Part shown: positions 37,820-47,235 of the stretch, piece after piece
Layout of the letters: each line of letters starts with the position of its first letter
Numbering within the stretch: position 1 is the first letter of the stretch
Source of the DNA: Paraspadella gotoi
Taxonomy: Eukaryota; Animalia; Chaetognatha
DNA: 64,000 nucleotides
Assembly: GCA_051294375.1 (NCBI GenBank)
Contig: CM119265.1
Location: forward strand, 17,139,172-17,203,171
Direction of reading: 5' to 3'
The notes under the pieces: model-generated
The model's database searches: none
Told to the model about the DNA's origin: nothing
Seen by the model: only the letters and a program-made list of their open reading frames with translations
Made by a program: the position numbers and the translations under genes

Positions 37820-40183
37820 TCAAAGGGAGCATTTCTCGATCATCGCGACGCCGGCGTTGGCGTCGACCCACGGCCCCCTGATTTCGACTAGACGCCCTCT
37901 CCCCGCAGCGTCGTCGTAGAGGCGTTTCCAATCCGAGTTGGTTCGGAGCGTCTCCCTGTGGCCGACGACGTAGAGAGCCTCCCTCGCCCGCGTGAGGGCG
38001 ACGTTGAGACGATGGCGGCTGCCGACGAATCCCACGGAAGCGTCGGTCGACGCGGCCCCCGAGGGATCCATTTGCGGAGCTCGAACGGTGCTCAATACGA
38101 TCACGTCCTTCTCGCCTCCTTGGTAAGAATCCACCGTGCGGACGTCGACGACGTCCGAGAGACGAAGGCGGGAAACGGGCGGGGACGAGGCTGGGGGCGC
38201 GCGTGGAGGCGAGGGATCGGTGAAGGATTCAGACGGGATGAGAGGAACTATCTCGCTGATCTTTAAGTCGCTAAACATATCAACGATAGTGTCATCTTCG
38301 TCGTTACTCTCGGGTGATGTAGGGGAGGGTGAAGGAGAGGAAGGTGGAGTAGGGGAAGGTGGAGTAGGGGAAGGTGGAGTAGGAGATGGTGAAGGAGAGG
38401 AAGATGGAGTAGCCGAAGGTGAAGCAGCGTGAATTTCGACACTTTCCGCCTGGTCCTCTTCTTGTCCTTCGCCGTCAAGGAAAATATGGTCCATCATGTT
38501 ACTTAACAGCTTCAGCTGAGCCGAGTAAGGAGTAATGACGCCGATGCTGTAGTGTGGAGTGACACTCAACAACTTGAGAAGAAGCTTGATTACGAATTCC
38601 ATCTCCAAGCAGTTAAAGACAGAGCCGGCGTTGGGTCCATCCAGCGGATTCCTCATTTCGTAAGAATTATGGAGATCGTAGACGAGGTAGGGTTCCAAGG
38701 GGCCGTTGGCGAAGGATTCGCGAGCGAGGACGCTCCGGTCAGTCTCAAGACGATTATCGTAGACGAGCTCGTTGGGAAAGCGACATATTTCCGGATGCAT
38801 CCGATACTGAACGTTCAGCATCATGATGCCCCTTTCGTCGTCCCTCACTTGGCGATTCTTGATATGGTCGTTGAACCTCTGGATAAAGGGCCGATCGAAT
38901 TTCATCTTGATGGCTGCGCGGGAAAGCACGGTCGGTGGCAACTGGAGATGGTCGCCGACGAGGACGACCTTGCCCACGTTGAATTTGGCCATAGGGATGA
39001 GGAGGTCCGGCTCGACCGCTTGTCCAACTTCGTCGACGATGAGGCAGTTGAAACACTTATCACGGATGGCTGACATCAGGCCAGATCCGGCGCCGTTCAG
39101 CGTGGTGAAGATGATGTCGGCGTTCAATAGCTTATTTATTCGTTCACAGGGTTCACCCCGAGGCGAGAAAGGCATCGCCTCGTTCGCAATTCTTTCTCTA
39201 AGACCCATCCGCACCAAGTTTAATCCATAGGCAACAGGCGAGTTTTTCATGCGAATCAGGAGGTTGTCGACGGCGGCATTGGACGGCGCGCAGACCAACG
39301 CCGCGCCCTGGGTCCGCATCGCTCCCGAAAGGAAGAGGGTCTCCAGTAGCCCGACGATGAAGCTCGATTTCCCGGTGCCCGGTGGGCCCTGAATAAGAGC
39401 CATTCGCGGCCCATTTTCCAGATGAATCATCGACAAGCAAGAGCAGATAGCGTCTTTCTGTGAGTCGTTGAAGGGCGCCATGATGTTAGCGAGCTCGCCC
39501 TCGGTCCCCGGCAAATTGGACAACACCGAGATATCTCGTCGCCGACACAGAGAATTTACGGAAGGATGCAATATGCGTCCAGCGTTGAAGCTCTCGCAAA
39601 AATCAACGATGGCGACGTACCGACGAAATTGGGTCAAGATGAAGTCGAGACGAGTTAAATTAAAAGAATCCTGGTGCAGCAAGGAATTCGCCAACTCCAT
39701 ATGACGATTGTCCATCATGAGATGAATGAGAAAACTTTGGCTTCGATCGTGGTATACGCACTCGCGGACGTAAACGACGGCGTCGCCGACGACGCCGACC
39801 GTCATAGGGCTAAGAATTGATTTGGCCGGCAGGTTCAGTTTTTTGGCGTGGTTCGTTAACTCCTTCATCGATACCCAGCAGAAAAAAGAAACGGTGGCGT
39901 CGTATCTTTTCATGGAATCCTTTTTCCCCGTCATTCGAATGGTCGTCTCCACGTTGGCTTCTTGTCTGCTCTGTCCGATGCTGCTCAGCGTCTCGTGCAG
40001 GAGCGAGTAGGTCATGACGTCCTTGTAATTCTTTCTCGAGAAATCAGTCTTTAAGTTAGACATTTTTCTATCGCATGGCAGCGACGTTTCTTGAAGAAGT
40101 TCCTCCGCGGTCAGGCCGAGGATGGGCCTGACGACGTCCTTGAGAAAGTCCTCCCTTAAAGAATGAAGGTTATTCACAGACAT
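37820..40183 (-). CDS. Sen1/senataxin-like (UPF1-like, DNA2/NAM7 family) superfamily 1B helicase, intronless, 787 aa
   Basis: Motifs in canonical order: Q (FNDSQKDAI), I (LIQGPPGTGKS), Ia (LVCAPSNAAVDNL), Ib (ADIIFTTL), II (IVDEVGQ), III (LVGDHLQLPP), LNVQYRMHPEI, VITPYSAQ, V (TVDSYQGGEKDVIVLSTVR), VI (RLNVALTRAREALYVVG). Sen1-like stalk segment FSRKNYKDVMTYSLLHETL. Confidence 0.95.
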   Translation of the reverse strand: MSVNNLHSLREDFLKDVVRPILGLTAEELLQETSLPCDRKMSNLKTDFSRKNYKDVMTYSLLHETLSSIGQSRQEANVETTIRMTGKKDSMKRYDATVSFFCWVSMKELTNHAKKLNLPAKSILSPMTVGVVGDAVVYVRECVYHDRSQSFLIHLMMDNRHMELANSLLHQDSFNLTRLDFILTQFRRYVAIVDFCESFNAGRILHPSVNSLCRRRDISVLSNLPGTEGELANIMAPFNDSQKDAICSCLSMIHLENGPRMALIQGPPGTGKSSFIVGLLETLFLSGAMRTQGAALVCAPSNAAVDNLLIRMKNSPVAYGLNLVRMGLRERIANEAMPFSPRGEPCERINKLLNADIIFTTLNGAGSGLMSAIRDKCFNCLIVDEVGQAVEPDLLIPMAKFNVGKVVLVGDHLQLPPTVLSRAAIKMKFDRPFIQRFNDHIKNRQVRDDERGIMMLNVQYRMHPEICRFPNELVYDNRLETDRSVLARESFANGPLEPYLVYDLHNSYEMRNPLDGPNAGSVFNCLEMEFVIKLLLKLLSVTPHYSIGVITPYSAQLKLLSNMMDHIFLDGEGQEEDQAESVEIHAASPSATPSSSPSPSPTPPSPTPPSPTPPSSPSPSPTSPESNDEDDTIVDMFSDLKISEIVPLIPSESFTDPSPPRAPPASSPPVSRLRLSDVVDVRTVDSYQGGEKDVIVLSTVRAPQMDPSGAASTDASVGFVGSRHRLNVALTRAREALYVVGHRETLRTNSDWKRLYDDAAGRGRLVEIRGPWVDANAGVAMIEKCSL
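38325..38412. repeat. Coding 15-bp tandem repeat encoding (SPTPP)3 with flanking SPSPS
   Basis: gaaggtggagtaggg repeated about 3 times; gaaggagaggaag(g/a)tggagtag occurs twice. Confidence 0.9.
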
Positions 40184-40444
40184 GGTGGTGTTTTAATTGA
40201 GAGAGACTAAACGGAAGGACGTGAAAGATAAACGATGTCGAAGTTTCTTTAGTGGCGATGTCTGTGGGGATGACGAAATTTTGATTTGAATAACCTGGAA
40301 CAAATAAAAGGATTCCGTTAGTTTGGGGATTTTTACGTTAAATATAGCGGGAAAAAACAAGTTTGAGCAAACAATGTCGGCATTGCTGCCTACAATAATT
40401 AAAGCGGTAATCTGCTAATCAGATGATAAATCACAATATTTTTT

Positions 40445-40960
40445 TATATTTTTTTTAACTCGCATCATTTTTTTAACTCGCATCATTTTTTCAACTTGCA
40501 TAATTTTTTCCACGCACATAATTTTTCAACTCATCATTTTTTAAATTTACATCATTTTTACAATTCGCATCATTTGTTTAACTCGCATCATTTTTTCCAC
40601 GCACATAATTTTTTCAACTCATCATTTTTTCAATTTACATCATTTTTACAATTGCATCATTTTTTTAACTTGCATCATTTTTAAACTTGCATCATTTTTT
40701 AAACTTGCATAATTTCTTCAACTTGCATAAATTTTTCAACTTGCATACTTTTTTTAACTTGCATATTTTTTTTAACTTGCATAATTTTTTCAACTTGCAT
40801 AATTTTTTCAACTTGCATAATTTTTTACTTCATAATTTTTCAACTTGCATAATTTTTTCACTTGTATTTTCAACTTGCATAATTTTTTCAACTTGCATTT
40901 TTTTTCAACTCGCATAATTTTTTCAACTTGCATAATTTTTTAAATTGTATCATTTTTCAA
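40445..40960. repeat. Minisatellite, ~18-20 bp unit TTGCATAATTTTTTCAAC, over 20 copies
   Basis: Visible tandem array; it produces the spurious NLHNFF ORFs. Confidence 0.95.
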
Positions 40961-41044
40961 ATTAATTAATTAATTAATTATAACATTTATTAGTAATCAT
41001 AAATAAAAAATCTTAAAAGCAATAGGGATCGAGCCTCTGCTTTT

Positions 41045-41275
41045 GATGATAACCAAATATTGTATGCGATGATAACCAAATATTGATGCGATGATAACAA
41101 AGATTGATGCGATGATAACCAAATGATGATGCGATGATAATCATTCATAGATACGATGATAATCATTCATTGATGTGATGATAGATATGTTTCATTGATC
41201 GGATGTAATCATTCATTGATGCGATGATTAGTCATTCATTTGATGCGATGATAGTCATTCATTGACGCGATGAGT
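41045..41275. repeat. Minisatellite, ~22-bp unit GATGCGATGATAA(CCAAATATT/TCATTCATT), about 10 copies
   Basis: Visible tandem array with two unit variants. Confidence 0.9.
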
Positions 41276-41280
41276 TAAAT

Positions 41281-41312
<32 letters not shown>

Positions 41313-42161
41313 GAGAGAGAAAGAGAAAAAGACAGAGAGTGATTGAGAGAGAGAATATAGAGAGAATAATAAAATATTAATAAAAGTTTTTTAGAAGGAA
41401 AAAAATAAAAATCACAAAATCTCGGAAATATAATTTGGGATTTTGTATTAACCCTCTATTAACAAAATATATAGTTGACAATAATCAGTTAACGACTATG
41501 ATATTTTTTGACTTCCAAATATTTTTTTTTACTTATTCAAATAATTTTATTTCCTCATCTTAAAAAATTTTAATCTTGAATGAAATTTTAGATTGTTATA
41601 TTTTTTATATTATATATTATTTATATTAATCCGCGCAATTGCCGGATATATAGCAGGTATCGCCTACCTGTCACACAAGTTGATGTACATGTGACATTGC
41701 CTGCATTATAAGTTATTCTTCCCTTTTTCTAAAATGAATCCACGAAAATCTGGGATTTTGTATGAGAAAAAAAATAAATGGCGATAATAAAAGTTTTTAG
41801 AAGGAAAGAAATAATAATAATTTTCAAAAAACGAACGATCGTACAGAGAGAGAGAGGAGAGGAGGGGAGAGGAGAGAGAGAGAGAGAGCCGGAACTCGTT
41901 TAATCGTTTACTTATTTTTATTACTTATCGGTGGTTGTAAAGAAAAAAGTGACTAAAAAATTATTTTTGGTAAAAAAAAAAAAGAGAGAGAGAGAGACGT
42001 AGAGAGAGAGAGACGAGAAGAAGAGAGAGAGAAAGAGACAGAGAGAGAGCGAAGAGAGCGAGAGAAAGAGAGAGAGAGAGAGAGAGCCGGAACTCGTTTA
42101 CTCGTCGCCTTTGTGACGGTGGTGAAAAAAAAATGAATAATTTTTTTTTTTGTAAAAAAAA

Positions 42162-42208
<47 letters not shown>

Positions 42209-42611
42209 AGAGAGAGAGAGGGAGGGGAGACGGAGGGAGAGAGAGAGAGAGAGCCTGAACTGCGTTTTTTTAACGATTCAGAAAAGGCAGCGCCTGATCA
42301 AATATATATTTTTTAGAAAGAAAAAAATAATCAGAATTTTTCAAAAAACGAACGATCACGGCAAGAGATCGTACAGGAGAGAGACAGACGCCACACAGAG
42401 AGAGACAGACAGAGACTGAGAGAGACTGAACTCGTCGTTTTAAACGATTCAGAAAAGGCAGCGCCTGAAAAAATATATATATAATTAAAAAATAAATAAA
42501 AAGAAAGACAAAAAAGGTTACAATGTTTACAATGGAAATTTTTCCAATCATAGGTTTGTTAACGATTTTATTTTTATTTGTATTAAAATTCAAGTAAATG
42601 TGACTTCATAT

Positions 42612-43260
42612 TTTTTTTATTTAAACTCATTTCCACTCGTACGTTTCCACCGAAACTTTGTATCAAGCTTCGTCACACACTTTCTTACCCACACACAAAT
42701 TTTAACTCAAAATATCCACTCCAATTATGATTAAATAGAGTATTTATTGGTTAAAATAAGTAAAAATATTTAGTAAATGCAACTTATGTTTTTTCCATTT
42801 TAAACTCATTTCCACTCGCACGATTCCATCGAAACTTTATATCCAGCTTCATCTCACACTGTCTGTCTACCCACACCACAGAAATTTCATTCCAATGCTA
42901 AACCAGCCAATCACGAGTTATTGTAGCTTTTTGCTAAGATGGACGGAAGGACGGGTTGATTGACTAATTAATTAATTATTGATTAATTAATTGACTAATT
43001 GATTAATTAACTGATTAATTATTTGATTTATTAATACATCCTTCATTTACATTTAATATAAAAGAAAAAAGAAGCATAATCAATTAGTGAAACAGGTTTT
43101 TTGTTTTTTTCCATTTAAACTCATTTCCACTCAAACGATTCCATCGAAACTTGATTTCCAGCTCAATCACACACTTTCCTACCCAAATACAAAATTTCAA
43201 ATCAATCGCCCCATCCACTCTTGAGTAATTGGTGTTCAAATAGTGACATTAATTTTTTTA
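42612..43260. repeat. ~170-bp internal repeat units of the HINE family
   Basis: tttaaactcatttccactc..cgattccatcgaaactt..cacacac at ~42620, ~42800 and ~43113, and again at ~46308 and ~46464. Confidence 0.85.
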
Positions 43261-43287
43261 TTTTTTCCATTTAAACTTCATATACAG

Positions 43288-43844
43288 TAGAGTGGAGCAC
43301 TCAAGCAACAAAAAATTTATTTGAATGATTGAACAATGATATTTAGATGTGAGATAGTATGATTAATTAGTACAAAAAATATTTTGTTCATATTATCTCG
43401 GGAACAGAATAGTAAAATATAATATATTTGTAGTAATATCCTTATAAAATAGTAAATTTTTAAAATATTTTTATAAAACTTTTAATAAAGATTCAGATTC
43501 TTCATAAAAAGTTGAATCAAAAATATAAAACATGTTATCAAAAAATTCTGTCATCTTTAATTGTTAAAATAAGAAAAAAAGGTGAAAATTCCTGACTTTT
43601 TTATTCTCTGTAGTAGAAACTATATATATGTTAAATGTTTTTATAGTCATTTTTAGTGAATATCAGAAAATAAAAACATTTATAAATTTGACGATTTTAT
43701 AAGGATATTACTACATAAATAATTGAATTTGCTATACTGTTATGCTAAAATATTTTTAAAAGGATTTAAAATTCATTAATTATATGTCCATAGCCAGCAA
43801 AAAATATATGTTCAATCACTCAATCTTTTCATCACTCCACCCTA
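43288..43844. mobile_element. Foldback hAT-type MITE (557 bp) nested in the HINE
   Basis: Perfect 8-bp TSD ATATACAG (43280-43287 and 43845-43852). TIRs TAGAGTGGAG / CTCCACCCTA. Long inverted arms (tgtagtaatatccttataaaat vs attttataaggatattactaca). Confidence 0.9.
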
Positions 43845-44808
43845 ATATACAGCTCATTCACACACTTCCCTACCCACACACAAAATTTCATTCCAATTCA
43901 TCCATCCAATCACGAGTAATTGGTGTTTTTTGCTAAGGTGGGACGGATGGACGGACGGACGCGACGGACGAGCGGACGACGGACGGACGGACGGACGGAC
44001 GCGACGGACGGACAGACAGACAGACGAACGGACGGACATCGTTTTTTTTGCATAATTTATCATAATTCGATGTTCTGACATGATATAAGTGACTGCCCGA
44101 CAATATTGAGGCGGGCGGACCGACGGACCGACAAAGTGAATTATACTATATTTATATTTATACTATATTTATAGAGTCGAGATCTGTTGATAAGCAGATC
44201 CGACTAAAAATTTGCCTTTTGATAATACCAAGCTTCGGCATTACATCAGAGGGGCATGCGCTGACACGTGGATGCTCTGCTGCCGCGTCTGAAAGCTAAA
44301 GCTGACAACGGCAACAAATTGAAACATCAATATTTATATTTTTTTTACTTTTATTAAATTTTGAATTATTTTTCAAAATAATACGTATAAGGAATAAAAC
44401 GAAACGAAAGGAAAAAGTAATCGAGCAAAAAAAACGAAAAAAAAAAACCAAACAAAAAAAAACGGAAAAACAAGAATGAAAAATTTCTTATTTCTCAGAA
44501 GTTATTTGAGAAAAAAAAAGAATCGAGATTTTTTTTTTTTTTGGTTTTTTGGAGACGATGTTGAGAGACCGCCGGACGAAAGAAGACTCAAGTCCGAAAT
44601 CTTTCGATTCGACTTAAATCAACTTGAGACACAATATCCATCGGGTCATTCGACGTTGCATTGTTTTCTTTCGAAGAATGGCGTCGAGTTGACGAAGCCA
44701 AAAACTGGGAGCCGAAGATGAAGCCGCTTGAACGATCGATGTTAAAATCGGTCAATGAAAAAACGGACAATTAAACATTCTCGATTATTCCGTTATTTTC
44801 ATATTTTT

Positions 44809-44845
44809 ATCGAGCCATGACCGGCGAAGCCGGTTCAGGCTTGAT
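44809..44845. other. GC hairpin with GCGAAGC loop after a T-run; possible end of another rolling-circle element
   Basis: atcgagcc-atga-ccggc-gaa-gccgg-ttca-ggcttgat. Confidence 0.5.
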
Positions 44846-45346
44846 TTTGTTTCGGGTTAGCTTTTTTTTTTCGTAACAAACGTACTTTTTTGTTTAAATG
44901 TTTAATTATAAAAATGAAATTACACGGAATTTTGAGAATATTACTGAGACCCGAGTAACGATTGTAGTTTCTATCAATGCCTCTAGAAATCAATTTTGAC
45001 CACCGACCCTATTAATCTCTCTCCATCGTCCCCCCCCCTTTGTTTTCGATCCCTCGCGTCACCAATGTCCCCCTCAGTTTTTTTTTCTGGCTTCTTGTTT
45101 TCTCCTCAAAACAAACGGAAACGGAGTCAGAGGGCAATTATCGGGTTTGACCGGAGAGGAAAACTCTTTTATTCTCTCGGCAACAGAGACACAAAGGTGT
45201 CGTTGTTTTCGTTTCTTCAAGTAACAAAGAAACTTTCACTTTTCCTTTCATAGCCATTGGTGGCGCTTTTAATTTTTCTATCGCTTTTATTGACTCGGCA
45301 CCTGTTTTTCTTTTGTTCTGCATCCCTGGTTTCTTTCCGAGCGATG

Positions 45347-45418
<72 letters not shown>

Positions 45419-45972
45419 CCTCCTTTCTCTAAAGTCTAAAGTGCCGGAGACGAACAGAAAATTGTTATCAGCATAACAAAGAAAAAAAACAGCGAGGGAA
45501 GAAAGAAAGTTTTATAAAGATGTTTAACTTTAAGATCAAATGCGAAACAATAATAAGAAGAGATTGAAGAAAGCAGAACGAAATACGACGAATAAGACGA
45601 AAAAAAAATTTGTAACAAGGCATTGTTATTTTTTTTAACCATACGAATTATAAATAAACAACCAACTTGACTATGGCTGCCAATTTGACGAAAATAAAGA
45701 AGGAGAATTAACATCGAATGGCTCAAGTTAGTTGCTTTTTGTTATTTTTTTTATTTCGTCAGGTTCAACTGAATCTTATTTTGTCAATTTTTACGGGATT
45801 TCTTTCATTACATATAGAAATACATTTTTTTTCATGTAGAAGACTTCAAATACTTTTTACTATATTACTTGATATTTACCCCGTGATCCTTTCGTCACTA
45901 TAAATACAAAATAAGTACAGTAGCTAGCTAAAGCCGACTGCCCAAGCACTGCCCAAAGTGCCCATGCTCAAT

Positions 45973-46642
45973 AACAAGTTTGAGCAAAAAAGGTCGGATC
46001 TGCCCACGATCATTATCGGTACTTAATTAATTAATTAATTAATTAATAAATAATTAATTAATTATTTAATTAATTAATAATTAATTTATTCAAGTTAATT
46101 GTTTAATTAATTATGCAATTATGCAATTAATTTGATACAAAATGTTTGTTTTGATTAACTGATTAATTAATTATTGATTAATTAATTGATTAATTGATTA
46201 ATTAACTAATTAATTATTTGATTAATTAATACATCTTGCATTTACATTTAAAATAAAAAGAAAAAGAAGCATAATCAATTAGTGAAACAGGTTCTTTGTT
46301 TTTTCCATTTAAACTCATTTCCACTCAAACGATTCCATCGAAACTTGATTTCCAGTTTAATCACACACTTTTCTACCCAAATACAAAATTTGAAGTCAAT
46401 CGCCCCATCCACTCATGAGTAATTGGTGTTCAAATAGTGAAATATATTTTTTTGTTTTTTCCATTTAAACTCATTTCCACTCGGACGATTCCATTGAAAC
46501 ATTGAAACATTGAAACATTGAAACACACAAAATTTCATTCCAATCCATCCATCCAATCACGAGTAATTGGTGTTTTTTGCTAAGGTGGGACGGACGGACG
46601 GACATCGTTTTTTTTTGCATAATTTATCATAATTCGATGTTC
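45973..46642 (-). mobile_element. Short truncated member of the same HINE/DINE-1-like family
   Basis: aacaagtttgagcaa plus the exact subTIR (45993-46003). ~46150-46450 nearly matches ~42955-43250. Ends in the ggacggacggacatcg...aattcgatgttc block shared with 44030-44075. Confidence 0.8.
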
Positions 46643-46657
46643 AAGGTGAGCGTTGTA

Positions 46658-47235
46658 CAGATTGCTCAAAAAAAAGTTTAATAGTTATGATTATTATGAT
46701 AAGCATTTTATTTCGTTATTTGAAGGAAAATAATACTTTTTAGGACTCAGTTTATTAATACATTGTCGGACCATTATTTGCTTCCAGCACCGTTTCCATG
46801 AGACAAGGGAGAGAGTCGTACAACAGCTCGTCCAAGTTTCCAGTTGCTTCAAATTTGTTGACAACTCTGCATATGGCTCTCCAAGAGCGAAGCTGTTTTG
46901 TGATCTTATATCTTGACAAACACGCCTTTCAAAGCTCAACAATTGCAGCTTTCTTTTTGGGGTTTAGCTGTTTTGAAATTTCCATGGTAAAAAAACATAA
47001 AAAAACAAAAAACAAAGATGGATAAAAAAAATGTTTTCGCAAAAAAGAAAATTGTAAGACAAAATTTCGATCCTTTTTTTTTATTTTAGCATTGCGACTA
47101 TAATATTTAGCTTATTAACCTCGAATGAAAGATATTTGTCTTGGCTTTCATATGAACCCAAGATTTAATTAATAGGACGACAAACAAGCGAGATAGTAGG
47201 GGGTTCAAAGTTTAAACTTTTTTTAAGCAGATCTG
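46658..47235 (-). mobile_element. Internally deleted Tc1/mariner-superfamily (Tc1-like) DNA transposon, 578 bp
   Basis: TA on both sides (46656-57 and 47236-37). TIRs CAGAT-TGCTCAAAAAAAAGTTTAA and CAGATCTGCTTAAAAAAAGTTTAA (reverse complement of the right end). Transposase remnant inside. Confidence 0.88.
46755..46985 (-). pseudogene. Tc1 transposase remnant: N-terminal HTH joined to the extreme C-terminus
   Basis: Manual translation: MEISKQLNPKKKAAIVEL*KACLSRYKITKQLRSWRAICRVVNKFEATGN/LDELLYDSLPCLMETVLEANNGPTMY*. This resembles Tc1 N-termini (..IV.L...G.S...IA.QL......RV..KF..TG) and C-termini (SMP.R..AVI.A.GG.TKY). Confidence 0.82.

Larger units (their letters stand above)
30550..40725 (+). 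repeat. Copy 2 (cleaner) of the direct tandem duplication
   Basis: Collinear with ~19400-30250; carries the intact helicase ORF. Confidence 0.95.
40356..44210 (-). mobile_element. Non-autonomous Helentron-type element (HINE/DINE-1-like), ~3.85 kb, with internal minisatellites
   Basis: Read on the minus strand: T-run plus subTIR GTCGGATCTGC (44204-44194) paired with a nearby short inverted repeat (gtcgagatctg), (GTCY)n microsatellite at ~43942-44037, internal tandem arrays, a second subTIR (noisy at ~40376; exact at 29865 and 45993 in sister copies), the short palindrome gtttgagcaaac and a terminal CTTGTT. This layout matches DINE-1/HINE elements. Confidence 0.75.

Noticed and set aside
37958-39704. 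Plus-strand ORFs overlapping the helicase, and minus-strand ORFs over NAGLU exons
   Set aside because: Antisense shadows of GC-rich coding sequence with no independent motifs.
37820-40183. Helicase as the Rep/Hel protein of an autonomous Helitron
   Set aside because: Motifs are UPF1/Sen1-type, not PIF1-type; there is no HUH Rep domain; the ORF lies outside the element ends.
40496-40917. His/Asn/Phe repeat ORFs (NLHNFF)n
   Set aside because: Translation of the minisatellite; unit length varies and does not keep frame.
40445-41275. Repeat arrays next to a helicase as a CRISPR/Cas3-like locus
   Set aside because: Units are head-to-tail with no unique spacers, the context is eukaryotic, and the helicase is SF1B with no HD domain or cas genes.
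41628-41660. Possible Helitron 3' hairpin (atccgcgcaattgccggat)
   Set aside because: No CTRR terminus follows and the stem is weak.
46658-46675. ttgctcaaaaa as the far end of the 45973 HINE copy
   Set aside because: It is better explained as the left TIR of the Tc1 element, which matches 47212-47235 and has TA flanks.
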